64,000 nucleotides of DNA from Octopus sinensis (Eukaryota), in assembly GCF_006345805.1 (NCBI RefSeq), contig NC_043008.1, positions 71,176,001-71,240,000 of the forward strand, in the 5' to 3' direction. The position numbers were made by a program, and so were the translations under genes. Shown piece after piece: positions 1 to 13,659 of the stretch. The notes beneath the pieces are model-generated. The model was not told the origin of the DNA and did no database searches. It saw only the letters and a program-made list of their open reading frames with translations. Each line of letters starts with the position of its first letter. The stretch's first letter is position 1.

Positions 1-93
1 GTATCTTACGACAAACTATTTTATATATTCTCCTCATCACATTTCATAGTATTAAATGTATTCTACAGAGGCCGAGAGCACAACCAACGAAGT

Positions 94-350
94 GTAGTAG
101 TAGTAGTAGTAGTAGTGGTGGTAGTGGTGGTGGTAGTGGTGGTGGTTGTGTTGGTGTTGGTAGTAGTAGTAGTGGTAGTGGTGGTGGTTGTGGTGGTGTA
201 GGTAGTAGTAGTAGTAGAAGTAGCTGCAGCAGCAGCAGCAGCAGTAGTAGTGGTAGTAGTAGTAGTAGTAGTAGCAGTAGTAGTAGTAGTAGAAGCAGCT
301 GTATTGTTGGTGGTAGTAACACTAGCAGTAGCAATTACTAGTACGACTAC
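94..350. repeat. Compound trinucleotide microsatellite (GTA/GTG/GCA)n
   Basis: Direct reading; explains the poly-L/P ORF 44..334. Confidence 0.95.
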
Positions 351-721
351 CGCAATTATTGTGCTAATTCACCAAATAGTAAGATATTTTGAGCCCTAAA
401 AATAACTACACATTCATTCATGCCTCTATATACACAACCACTACACCACAACAACAACTGTTACCACTGTTGTCCCAAGCAGTCTGGCTATTGCTAATAC
501 CAAGCTACAAGGTATAGTTACGCACAATATTATTCCAAGGGAGTTAAAAAGAAAGAGAGAAAGGTGGAGTAAATAGAGGCGAAAAACAGACAATCAATAG
601 TTTACGGTTGCTTTCATCCTATGTAATCCTTCTGTTACTTCGAAACAGACTTGAGATTCGTCTGCTGAGATGCCATCATTTGAGTCATTATATTTTTCTT
701 ATGCAATATACACAAATATTA

Positions 722-953
722 GGGCAGCGAGCTGGCAGAATCGTTAGCAGACCAGGCGAAATGCTTAGCGGTATTTCGTCTGCCGTTACGTTCTGAGTTC
801 AAATTCCGCCGAGGTCGACTTTGCCTTTCATCCTTTCGGGGTCGATTAAATAAGTACCAGTTACGCACTGGGGTCGATATAATCAACTTAATCCGTTTGT
901 CTGCCCTTGTTTGTCCCCTCTGTGTGTAGCCCCTTGTGGGCACTAAAGAAATA
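722..953 (+). mobile_element. tRNA-derived SINE family A, near full length
   Basis: A-box-like TGGCAGAATCG, B-box-like GAGTTCAAATTCC, core GACTTTGCCTTTCATCCTTTCGGGGTCGAT, tail GCCCCTTGTGGG..TAAAGAAATA; multiple copies in window. Confidence 0.9.
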
Positions 954-1139
954 GGTATTTCGTCTGCCGCTACGTTCTGAGTTCAAATTCAGCCGAGGTC
1001 AACTTTGCCTTTCAACCTGTTGGGGTCGATTAAATAAGTGCCAGTTACGCACTGGGATCGATATAATCGACTTAATCCGTTGGTCTCTCCTTCTTTGTTC
1101 CCTCTGTGTTTAGCCCCTTGTGGGAAATAAAGAAATAAA
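954..1139 (+). mobile_element. SINE family A, 5'-truncated, head-to-tail with previous copy
   Basis: Restarts at GGTATTTCGTCTGCC directly after the tail of copy 1; same core and tail. Confidence 0.9.
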
Positions 1140-1640
1140 TATACGCAAATATTGTTCACAATATTCTCAGGTTTAAAATGACTAAGTTAAAGACAAACTA
1201 ACTAGAGTCGGGCTGAGTGCATATATCCTATATGATTATAGCATATTTACACTCATGAGGTATATACGCAAAGGCGTACTTGGACATACAACGTAGAAAT
1301 ACAATGACACATTTGTAAACAAACATTTTTTATTGTTTTTGGACGCTTCAAATGTGTATCGTATCATACAGACGAGAAAGTAATATTTCGAACACATTTA
1401 GTTTGGCACTTAATTTACCACCGCTGTAAATGATATCAAATAGCATTCGCTGTTTGGTGGTATGTGATAAATGTATTTCTTACAAGATAGGAAATTAGTC
1501 CCAATGTAAAACATTCATTGATGTACACATAAATACAATTACATATACATAAAATACATAAATCTTTCTCGCTCTCTCTCTCTTTATATATATGCATATG
1601 TGTGGGTTTGCGTTTGTATTTGTATATGTATATGTATGTT

Positions 1641-1697
<57 letters not shown>

Positions 1698-2444
1698 CAC
1701 ATATGTATGTATGTATACTTGTCTATTTGCCAATCTGTCGATATGGGAAAATATATTTGTGTATAATAATATACAGAATATGAAAGCGGCGTATTGGCAG
1801 GGTCATTAGAGCTCATTATATCTCGTGATATTCGTTCTGTGTCCGCTCGTGACTTCAGATCACACTGAGGTCAACTTTACCTTTACGTAGATAAAAATAA
1901 TTACTGATGGCATAATTGGCAGGAGCTTAAGAAAGATGTAATATCTGTTTCGGATCTTTACATGTAAGCAGCAACGTCTGCAACGACAGGATTGTATTCA
2001 CCCAAGATGGCAGTCTCTCCTTTGCATAAGTATAAGCGACGTGTAGAGCTGAAATTGACTTGTGTGCACGAGAAAATACTAGTGTTTTCCGGAAAATCTT
2101 TGAATTACAGACACATGTGCAAATGCATCAACATAGATTCAAAGAAGCCACATTATAAAATAGTAGGCAAATACATCTGCTTCTTCATGAGTTTATATCT
2201 TATGCAAATGGAATATTTACGTAGATATGTTTAGAGAGAATGTTTTCTCGAAACTTTTATTGTTCTACCCATTCCGTCACGTACTTCCGTAATATCCTAA
2301 TATAAAACAATATGTCCTATGTGGTTCGAAATATAAAAGATAGAAAAATACTTCAAACATACCAATATGAAGTATATATTAAATCTGATATTCAATTATT
2401 GTACAAAACGTGTTAACAACTTCAATATTTGTTCGTGAAACGAC

Positions 2445-2590
2445 ATTGAAGCTAGTGGATTGGCAGAATTATTAAAGCATAGGAGAAATAATATTTGCAA
2501 CATTCGTTCCGAATCCTCAGTTCAGAACCGGCGGAGATCAACTTTGACATTCATCCATGCAGGGTCTAAATAAAAGTATAAGTATTGACT
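2445..2590 (+). mobile_element. Degraded SINE family A
   Basis: TTGGCAGAATT head and GATCAACTTTGACATTCATCC core remnant. Confidence 0.55.
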
Positions 2591-3416
2591 AATAGCTTGT
2601 ATCAAATTTCGGGACTTTCTCTGAGCTAATCACCCCACACGTACACACACACACATACACACACATGCATGCATAAATACATACACACGTATACATACAT
2701 GAATACACACACACACACACACATATACACACCCTCTGAGGCTCTTCAAAGGCAGTTTCAGAATAACAAGTTAAATTTACTAACTGGAATACATTATTCT
2801 GCGGATAAACCAATATATAATAAAGTTCATTGGGTCTTGCAGTTTCGCCTGCCAGGTACTTCGACACTTTGCAGTTCATTAAGCAAATTTCTTTGTCTCA
2901 GTCAACGTGTATCACACTTACTTCCTCTCGCTACTGATCTCTTTCTCTCACTCTGTCTCTCCGTCTCTATATATACATATGCAAACACACACGCAATCAC
3001 TCGCACATGTATATACAGAGAGAGATGACAAAGAGAAGTAATTCCAAACAACACATCATCCTTGAAATGTGTCTGTTGCTTCTCAAATTTTGAATTGCAT
3101 CTAATTTATGATTGTGTGAAAAAAGAATTGTGAACATGTTAATTTCAGCTGTTCAAATATCGAATTTAATATCACAAATTATCTCTACAATAACATTTAT
3201 AACATTACTATTTTAAATCTATAAAGAATAACAATATAATATTGTAGAACATCCTTCTCAATAAATTCACCTATCTTTTTAGTCGCACACATTACTTACA
3301 TCTCTCTCCTCCTTTTTCCATCAATCTATCACAATCGTTTTACGCATACATGCTTAAATCCATCCATACATATATCCATGCACACGTAGATGCATAGATA
3401 TATATATATATATATA

Positions 3417-3485
<69 letters not shown>

Positions 3486-3671
3486 TGTGTGTGTGCGTGT
3501 GTGTGTACTTATATACATATACATATACATATGCATGCATGCATAAATATGTATATATATATATATATATATACGTATATTTGTGTGTGTATATATATAT
3601 ATAAATATATATACATGTATGTATATGTATGTATCTCTCTCCCCCTTCTCTCTCTTCCTCTCTCTCTCTCT

Positions 3672-3705
<34 letters not shown>

Positions 3706-4673
3706 GTGCTCTCTGTTCATGATATATATCTCTTAGTCGTGAAACTAGAATTTCGAAAAGAGTAATTTTTGCCAAGGCATTTTCATAATGGTTTGAATGC
3801 ATTTGATTTTAATTTTTTACTATCTGCTCTTTGTTGGAAATTGTGAGGAGCGTGATGTCTGCAATTCTTTACTTCCGGACTCATCAATAGCATTTTGAAT
3901 AGAAGTTTAAATTCTCGGAAAATCAATATTTATTTTTACAAATCTTTGCTACTCTGACAGAAAGTACTGGATTAATTATTATTTAGATAAAACTATGCAG
4001 TTTCTTTGTCAAAGTTCTGCAGGCAAAGATAAGATTTTGTCCACGTACAAGTGTTAACAGAATACTTCACGATTAGATCTCTTATTAGCAAAAGAGCATG
4101 TCTTTCACTTGGCTTTTCTTTAAGATGTCCCAAGAGTTTATCAGGAACAGTGAAAGTTTAGATGATAATTTTTAATATTCTTAATTGTTTTTGTTCTTCT
4201 TCCAATTGTGTGTAGCTGATAATGCCCAGAGAATGTTAGACAAAATCAATAGGAAAAGTAAAGACAAAACAAAATTTAACTCGAAAACAAAAGAGCGCTC
4301 CAACATTCGTTTGTTCGTTAAAGAAAATCTTGCGCATGTCTTTAAAAAGACCGCACAGACTTACTTAGAAACATGTCTTAGACAAACGAGATGAATGTAT
4401 ACATCCATTCATACATGCCTCTGTGTATCTTTATAAAGCATACTGATAGGTACATGCATACATTCATACATACACACACATACACACGCGTACCTACACA
4501 TACAGTCACACATACAAACACACACACGCACGCACGAGAATATATGTATGTATACACGTTCAACATTACTTGCTGCATTTAAAGAACTCAGCAAGTGACT
4601 TTATCTAGTATCTAACATACACTTGGTTGGTTATATTAAACGTCCCAATTGGACGCTTGCTTCTAACTGAAGC

Positions 4674-4753
<80 letters not shown>
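4674..4753. repeat. (ATT)n microsatellite
   Basis: Perfect run; source of poly-I ORF. Confidence 0.97.
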
Positions 4754-4754
<1 letters not shown>

Positions 4755-5736
4755 GCCCGTTCTGATAGAATCAGAAAGTTGGAGTACAATATTTTTTAGG
4801 CTTAAATAATCTCCATTACGTTTCCTGTTCTTCTTGACTGCAGAAAGACTGGTAGCTATGTCTAAGACTACAAATAATATATGCTAAACGGATTTCCTTC
4901 TATTGATTCCAAATAATTAGATAGCTGTTGCAGTGACGCTTATCGAAACATCACATTCATAATAATCTGTATTATAATGTGATATGTAATTTTATTAATT
5001 AAAAATACCTATTTGAACAGCTTCTATGAGAATGTTATCTGCTGGTATATTATGTTTTACTCTATTGCCTATTCTACTTGTTTAAATATTTCATTTAAAT
5101 AATTTTCTTCATTAAAAAGAGATATTGTAAATGTATCCTACGAAAAAATATTTTTGGTATTTCCAGCAGAGCCATTTTTCTTCACATGTCGATTTAACAT
5201 TAACTGTTTCTTTAATCTCCAAAGAAATCATTATTTTGTTAAAGCAGACTGCTTCTTTTTAACCTCCTAATTTTACATACATTTATTCATTATTATTTCC
5301 TTGAAAAACAAATCGAAGAAACAATTGAGAAAATCATGATCTACACGGAACTAATACGAATTGTCAGACAGCTTGTACCTATGTAATTAATCGAATTAAC
5401 AACATTCGTATAAATATCGATTTCTGTGTATGGTACGATGTGGAGAAGTGTATAATCAGCTGACTAGAATCTGTAACTGGTAATTCTTGTATCAATGCAG
5501 AATGATTAAATCCATACATGGAGACGTTAGGTATTGGTACAATAATATGAACATTTATTCATTCATTCATTTATTTATTTCTGGTTATTTCCTTGGTCAT
5601 CATGGTCTAAAAATTAATAAGTCTCTGCAAAGCCGAGACAAGGCCTATAATGGTTTACAGCACCCACGTCTAGGTCGATGCTGTTGCTAACAAACATAAA
5701 CACTCATGAACAAGGCCCACTCTCTTCATCAATGAT

Positions 5737-5801
<65 letters not shown>

Positions 5802-5940
5802 GTGTGTAATGAGATACAGACACCACAAAAACGCACACAATATGCGCGCATGTGTATGTGCATATGTCTATATTTAGATATATATATATATTATATATGT
5901 GCATACATGTATAGACACACAGATACATATATGTATATAT

Positions 5941-6002
<62 letters not shown>

Positions 6003-6024
6003 ATAGTTTAATAAATAGTTGGAA

Positions 6025-6215
6025 TTTACAAAAAAAGCAAAAGACGAAGACAGGTGTGTAAACAAAAACAGATGTGTATTAATTTAACGCCCGGCAAGGT
6101 GAGAAAGTCTTTTGCGTCTCGGGCCTACGCTCTACAACAGAAAGGAACACGAGAAAATAAAAAAAAGAAAAAGCTTTAGTGGCTAGCGGTCGATCATGGC
6201 AATGATCATGGTGAT
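6025..6215 (-). mobile_element. Penelope-type pseudo-LTR fragment with decayed minimal hammerhead
   Basis: Reverse-complement homolog of 61700-61930; minus strand GTTGTAGAGCGTAGGCCCGAGACG resembles CUGAAGAG..CUCGAAACG. Confidence 0.55.
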
Positions 6216-7261
6216 ACATACGTATACATACAAGACGTATTGAGATCAATGAAATGACCATGGTTAAACGCAGTTGGTTAATGTCTAGCTTAAATACTGG
6301 TGGAACAGAAAACACAGACGACTCGTGAATTGATCAATAAAATGTCTTAATCTATGCATTAGATTCAGTTCGTCCTGTATCAAAATTAATCAGATGCTTT
6401 CGATAAGATAACAAGTGCTATAAAACATGTTTCGAAAGCAACAAACGTTACTTATAGTTCAATTACTAAATTAGTAAAAAAAAAAAAGAACCGTATCAAA
6501 TGCACATCGGTTGCATCTCACATAACATAATAGATATCTTGTAGCCATCCCGTGTAATCTCTTATCAGATACATACGACTGTTTAGTGGAACACAGTTTG
6601 CCATAACGAAGAATGCAAATGAAGATTCAGAAAGGAATAAAAATGTAACATTGGTGGTTGGAATCGGTAAAGGACTAATGGCGAACTACTTACCTCTTAC
6701 CTTACAGAATTAAAAAAAGGCGTATGTTTTCGTTTGTTATCAGCATACTCAGATTCTGGTAGTAACTGCGGTACATTATAATCTCATTAATGAATGTTTG
6801 GTGTTGGGGTAGCCGGCGCGCCGAAAGATATGCGAAGCTTACTGCTAAAGATAAATACGAATATTAAAATATGGCGAAAAACATCGAAGAGGAAAGAAGA
6901 GGAAAATGAAAAAAGGAATTATAAATAAGTTGACAGTTGTAAGTTAGTTGTATGTATACGTACTAGTAGACACACACACGCAAAGAAAAATAACAACGTA
7001 AATAAATGCAGTATATACATATATATATAAACACACATATAAACATATGTGAACAAATATATCTGTATAAATACATATACATGCTTAAATTCACTCCCAC
7101 ACACACATACACTCATATGTACATATTTACACACACACACACATATAGATGGGCATTATATATTCTATAAACGGAATAAATTTTATATTTAGCCTAAACA
7201 TTTTCACCCTCAATCTCTTTCATAGAACTGTTATTTGTGTATCCCTAGCTAAATATTAATT

Positions 7262-7490
7262 CTCAGTCGATGCATTTTATTTATTAAGCCATATTTCGTT
7301 TTTGGTTTTGGTTTGCAAGATTATTTATATGAGTTCGTGTGTTGAAGCATATTCTGTTGTGTCTGGGGAGAGTAATTTTCTCTTTGTGCCTTATAATGTA
7401 GGTGATTTATGGTGTCCTACCACATTAATCCCCACCAGAAACATCATGAGTATCCTCATTATTATTTGATTCCTGAGCAATTGTCAAGTG
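7262..7490 (-). repeat. Interspersed repeat fragment, same family as 16241-16318 (+)
   Basis: Shared ATAAGGCAC(A/T)AA(A)GAGAA..ACTCTCCCC(A/G)GACACAACAG; class not established. Confidence 0.6.
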
Positions 7491-7613
7491 AACTATTTCA
7501 CAGTTTTTTTCCTTTTCCATTGTCAAAGAACATCGTGTGGTGTTCAAATTAATTTCCCCACATCAAACGAAATTCGGTACCAGTGGAATCGTTGTACTGA
7601 CCCACTAAGAGTC

Positions 7614-7677
7614 TCTTCTTCTTCTTCTTCTTCTTCTTCTTCTTCTTCTTCTTCTTCTTCTTCTTCTTCTTCTTCTT

Positions 7678-7708
<31 letters not shown>

Positions 7709-7752
7709 TCCTTCTCCTTCTCCTCCTCCTCCTCCTCCTCCTCCTTCTTCTT
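7614..7752. repeat. (TTC)n/(TCC)n microsatellite
   Basis: Direct reading; explains poly-S/K/R ORFs. Confidence 0.97.
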
Positions 7753-8059
7753 CTCGCGTAAGCTGGCGTTGCAACACAATTGATAAACAATTGTAATGAA
7801 TCATTGAAAGATGTATTAAAATTGTCTTTCTCTTCTTATTAGTGTACGTGTGTGTGTGTGCGCGTGTGTGCGTATGAATGTACGTGTGTGGCTGCACATG
7901 TCTATACATATACATTTGCAATGGCATACACGCACGAACACACACGTATTCATAAATAATAAATTGCGCGACGAGAAAACTGAAACGAGATAAGTAAACA
8001 GAGTTACATGTATAGATGTCTTGCAAACAACTTGCACATGCAAGTGCTACCAGTTAAAA

Positions 8060-9560
8060 GCTCCGTATATCGGAAGCTAGCAAGTGTATGGGGTCATCAG
8101 GATAGAATGCGCGCCGTTTCGGGGCCTACCTCTCGACGGCATCAATGCGCACCGGCCCCCCCCTGATATGAGGCCCCGCTTGCTAGATCAACTGGTTATG
8201 AAGAATTCATTCACGTTCATATACGTATGTTTACGCTCATTAGGCAAGTAGAAATATGAAATGTGAAAGCATATAGGTAGGAAGAGTTAGGATGTACCAT
8301 TACGCTCGGCGTGGTTGGAAAATAAATGAAGTTTCAAGTTATATATCAGGAGCAAAAGGTGTGAAAAATGTACTAGTCCCAGCCAGATCGCTACATCGAT
8401 ATAGTATAGTAACAAAGTAACAAAGAGAAATAATGTAGAATCCAGTGTTTGGTATACTAGTAAAAAAAAGTAAAATTATCTATTACAGAAGATCGTAGTT
8501 GTGCTAAATATTTTTGAAGAAATAAAGGAAGGAGTGGAGCAAAAACGAGATTCCTGACGAAATTTTCAGTAACTGCAAATAAATAGTGACATGAATTGCT
8601 TGATAAGAGTTAAGGTTTGCCGCGGAGGAAAGTATTGCGTAAACTGTGTATACGACTCTTAATGAATTATCTGGTGAGGAAAAGAAAATTTCTGAAAGTT
8701 ATCGTTAAGTACAAATGAGGAGGGATTGACTAGCAGTGTTAAATGGCAGTTTTAAAGTTTTGCAGAATGTTTATTTTTCAAGTTTGTCAAATCTATCAAT
8801 AATGTTGTCTTTACTGTATGGTAATGTTGTCGTTATGGCAGTCAATTAAATCCTTCTTGAATTTCCAAATTATTTTAGACAGAATGCTGGTAGCAGCCTT
8901 AGCTTCAGATTTAAATGTCATATCTTGATTACGTAATCTATATTTGAAGCTATTACTAGCAGCATCTATGCAAACCTATTTACTGATTTGTTGTAATTAA
9001 ACATTGACGAACAATGTTGTTCATTAGGTACATGTTATCTAATGAGCAGAAGGAAGGGCATTTATAAGTACGCAATGTATGTGAGTGTCAACACTGTGTG
9101 TAGGATAGGTTGTTATCATCGGATCCACGAGTGCCATCACTAAACTCATTCTTAGTTTTTTGAGCAGCAAGGGTCTGTAGGATAACCAATGTCGTGGTCA
9201 GTGCTTTGAATGTTGTTCTTTTTTAGAATGTTACCGTATGCAAAACCTGCACCACAATCACGCATGTTTTGTCGAGTGGAATGTGAATTAGACCTTATTT
9301 TAACATACGAAATAACAGTTACCTCTCTGGTTTGAGATGGATGTCCTGAGTTGTGTATTCTTAAATATTGTGTACGGTTCTTTTTAACCCTAATAGTAGA
9401 TGGGTCAATAAATTGTTTAATATATTCGTACGTATGAAATCTGCTACATAATAAGCAGTGAAGTATGACAACTTAACGTAGTGGAGGTTTAAAATCTTCC
9501 TATACATGCTAAGTGAGGAAAGTCTTTTCTAAGGCTTTAATAACAATTTCGGTAATTCGG
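8060..9560 (-). mobile_element. Decayed Penelope-like element: GIY-YIG endonuclease remnant plus 3' pseudo-LTR
   Basis: Frameshifted minus translation CPSFCSLDNMYLMNNIVRQCLITTNQ*IG / AASNSFKYRLRNQDMTFKSEAKAATSILSKIIWKFK matches the PLE pattern CPL..CL..NIVY..YIG...SFK.R..NH...LSK.IW.LK. Confidence 0.7.
8090..8140 (-). ncRNA. Candidate non-circularly permuted hammerhead ribozyme (stem II disrupted)
   Basis: Minus strand GCCGUC-GAGAGG-UA-GGCCCC-GAAA-CGGC-GCGCA-UUCUAUC-CUGAUGA-CCCC; 5-bp stem III, stem I 5 of 6 pairs in register. Confidence 0.45.
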
Positions 9561-9812
9561 CAATAGCGGGTGAAGAGTGAATGGAACCAGATTATTACTC
9601 TTTCTCTAGCACTCCTGCCCACCCTAAAAGGTGTCAGGATTTAAGGTTTCGAATCGTGAATCTGGGCATATACTAAGTAAGTAAGGGTCCGAATGCGTGA
9701 TTATTAACCAATTCAGTATTGGATTTATTGGTAGGCATACCGTTGAAAACGAAGTGAAATATGTGACAAACATATTTCAACTAACGTAATTGTGCTATAT
9801 ATATATATATAT

Positions 9813-9876
<64 letters not shown>

Positions 9877-10371
9877 GGCATATTACACATAAATGTCACA
9901 CGCTAGGAATAAATACTCTTAAAGTCAAAACTACTAAAATGAATAAACACATCTTACTGAAACCAACTCTTAATGCAAGTCATTTGAAAAAAGAATGTAG
10001 CTGCATATCACAATGTGATTTCGTAATCGGTGCAGTTTGATGCACTTTTCAATCCTCACTGCAAGCATAATTCAAGATATATAATGAATAAACAAAACTA
10101 ACATACCAGGCGAACAACTATCGTATCCAACGCAACATGTAAAAATGTTTACCCCTTATACATCTATGTAAATGGCGGGTTTCTTCGAATTGCATTTCGG
10201 TTACAACGTGCTTATTCGGAATAAAAATTTATTATTGAATATACTCCGGTTAAATTTATAATTTAAAAATAGGATAAAATCTTCATAAGAATTTATCAAG
10301 TAGATAATGTGAAAAACCTCAAAAGGGGAAAAAAACATCAATTTTTTTCCCTTAAATATATATGCTTATAT

Positions 10372-10445
10372 TATATAGAGGGCATTATTACACATAAATT
10401 CCGCACTCTAGGAGGCATTTATGTGTAATAATGGCCTCTGTATAA
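10372..10445. repeat. Inverted-repeat hairpin element (MITE-like)
   Basis: CATTATTACACATAAAT (10383-10399) and ATTTATGTGTAATAATG (10417-10433) are perfect reverse complements; truncated homolog at about 9875-9910. Confidence 0.8.
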
Positions 10446-12439
10446 TATATACATATATATTTCTTAATATGTATGTATATGTATTTATGGATGTAGATTT
10501 ATTTACATATTTTTATATATGTGCCTATATATTATATGAATATATTTTTACGCTTCATAGAAGTGTTTCTACGTAGTTTTTGTGTTTACTAGTGTAATCA
10601 TGTGTTTATATTCAACTAACCTGCTGCCGTCAACATATTTCCCCTTACTCTTTTTCCTTTTCACCTTTCTTTCCCGTCCCATGTTTTCCCCCATATAATC
10701 TTTACTTACACATATTTATCTATATTTAGCAGCCAACAACCCAACTCTCGATTGGCCAGCTTCCCATTATCAACACCACGTATGCCTTAATGCGCAATTA
10801 AACCTAATGTTCTACGTTCACATGTTTCGCAAGAACAAATTATGTGATCCTAGTTTCGAGACTGTTGTCACCATTAACCTATCCGTAAGGCGTTATCTAG
10901 AAATTGATAAATGGTTAGTTGATGGAAATATATGAAGCGCAATGGCTTTTCGTTAGGTGTTGGTGAACGTATTTTTGTCTGACTTTTCTTAGATAAATAG
11001 ACTACAAAATATAATTGAGGATGAAGAGAGAGTGTGAGAGAGAGAGAAAATGTGAGAGAGGGAGAGAGTGTGCGTATGTGCGTATGTGAGATAAAGATTT
11101 GCACAGGCGGAGACCTTGATAGTCAATAGGTCTGGTGAAGTTGACGGGAGGGGGAGCTTATTTTTTCAGATTCATATAAAGAGAGGCCGTATTATTCAAT
11201 TTTTGAAACGATTTTATCAGACTGGGAATCGTCGCTCTATCCTCTAATGTTTAGTATAGGGTATTAATAATCACATATAATGTGCAGACAGGAAGTGTAG
11301 ATTATTTTATAAATTGTCTGAGAATCATTCAAACACAAATGTATCTTGAAATAGTCATTAAGAGTGGGAAAGATGGGATTAAATGTTTAATAAGAACTTA
11401 TTAACATACGATTCACACAAGGGGAGGAAGTCAATATATAGGGCGTGCTTTGGCAGTGACGATAAATAATTCCTCTTTCAGACGAACAGAAACCACCGTA
11501 ATACTACAAGCGAAAGATGTGGGGAGAGGGTCATTTGAGCCCGCGGCTGCTGCTAACATTTGTAACCTGTTTTGGTTAGCTTACTGGACACTAACGGTTT
11601 GATTAGTTTCCCGGACATTGTAAACGTGTTCAACCACTCTCTTGATCACCACTAATAGAGCAATAATAATTTAATTTCCGCTATACTTCCTTCTTCAGAC
11701 AATTATATAGATGAATAAAATATATTTCAACTAATTTCATAAATATTGATTTTTTTTTAGAATAGAAGACTTTTTGCTGGAAGGTCGGTGAACATACTAT
11801 GAGGTTTGAACCGGGCATATCTGTGGTGGTTACATAATTAATAATATAAACAGGGTTTCGATGATATACATGGGTGACATTTGAACATGAAGCAGGATTT
11901 AGTTGTATGAAATAAGGGCACTTTTCAGTCAAAAAGTGCATCACATTTATGATTTCTGGTTCATGTGAGAACAGTTTGCTAAAAAGCGTAGCTATCATAG
12001 ACTGAACCAGCTACACTATATTACTAGAGTTTATTGTTTTACCCAGAGTAAAGAAAATGATAAAATAAAATAGCAGCAGCGATATTGATTTTAGACTAGA
12101 ACGGACAGCAAAGACAAAATTTAATGGTATGAGGTACGGTACATATACACATATACCGGTACACGAGTCTGTGACAATGCATTTATTCAATTGAAATATA
12201 TAGTATAGAACCACGTGTTAATTTAGGGAGAAGCATTAACTCTTAACTCAGTGATCATACATAGTTTCAGTTGTATATACCAGATGAGATCCAACTGGCG
12301 TATAATTGTTAGTGTTCTCGAAATAGACAAAGATTGTAAAGGTGGAAAATGGGATTGAATGAATTGCGGTTTCTTTCCGGTGTTTGAAACTCTGAAATCA
12401 AATACCCCTGAAGCCACTCTGTTTTTTTTCTTATTCATC

Positions 12440-12490
<51 letters not shown>

Positions 12491-13520
12491 AGTTTGGAGT
12501 GAATTTCTGGAATTGTTACAGTACCGATAGAGATGTTTTCTGATATTTTTCTTGTTTTTTGGGGGCGTTCTGACTTCAAGTTTTGCCTGGATCCATTCTC
12601 AATGATAAATCCTCGAATTGATCGAGGACCTGTCAAATATAAAATGAACCAGCGAGATGAGCCAGATACATGGACAAACATCATTCTGAGACTTATTCTA
12701 ATAGTGGAGAATTTAAGACTAAACGAAATGACAGAGAATTACAAAAACGTTCAAGACATTCGTTTTTATGAACTTGCGAACAATTTGAGGAAAATAAACC
12801 AGACTTTACACCGATTATTTCAAAATTAGCCACGAATAAAAAAATAAAGAGTGAAAGACTGAAAAATATACAGACAACTGTCAGATCAGAATGTTGAAGG
12901 AAGTTAGCGTAGAAAATGAAAAACAAGACAAAAGTAAAAGATACAAATTAGAAATTAGAAAATTTAGAATTTGCTTTTCATGTGTTTTTCATGTGTTTTC
13001 ATGAATCATATTAAAGAAAAAATATGAAAACAAAATAATTGACTTTATATTGCAAATATTTACCTCAAATTCATTTCGTATATATCGATTATTTAAAATA
13101 AATTAAGTTTATCTTTCATTTAGGTTTATTGTAATTTAATAACTAATTTTCCATTTCACTATTTCTCTCTCCATCATTTCCTGTCAGTAATCATAATAGA
13201 CGAGTAATATATTTATTTTTGCTGAATTCATTGCTACAGACAATTTTCCTACATTATTTCGAACTAATTGAGAGTACAGCTTCGTGAGGTAAACATTCTG
13301 TTAGCAACATTAACGAAAATTAGGAATAATATAAATAAAACAAAAAAAATGATATAACTATATAAGCAAGTAGAAGCGTAATAGGAGACTGAAGATGTAT
13401 AATTATATGTATATATAATATATATATACATAATATGAGAGATAATTTGATAAGTAGAAATAGATAAATATATATACACACGCATACATGTGGATACCTA
13501 CTTATATATATTATATATAT

Positions 13521-13598
<78 letters not shown>

Positions 13599-13659
13599 GT
13601 ATGCCTGGATATAAATATCCTCATAGCTGAATAATCACGTGTTCACATACACATATGTA

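Noticed and set aside
722-1139. CRISPR-like or regulatory tandem array
   Set aside because: Simply two adjacent SINE copies in eukaryotic DNA; no repeat-spacer structure.
6705-6844. Possible minus-strand exon before GTAAG donors
   Set aside because: Open in one frame only with the weakest donor; product unrecognisable.
12533-12829. 98-aa ORF as a gene
   Set aside because: No recognisable domain, no clear splice or start context; the size is within chance expectation.
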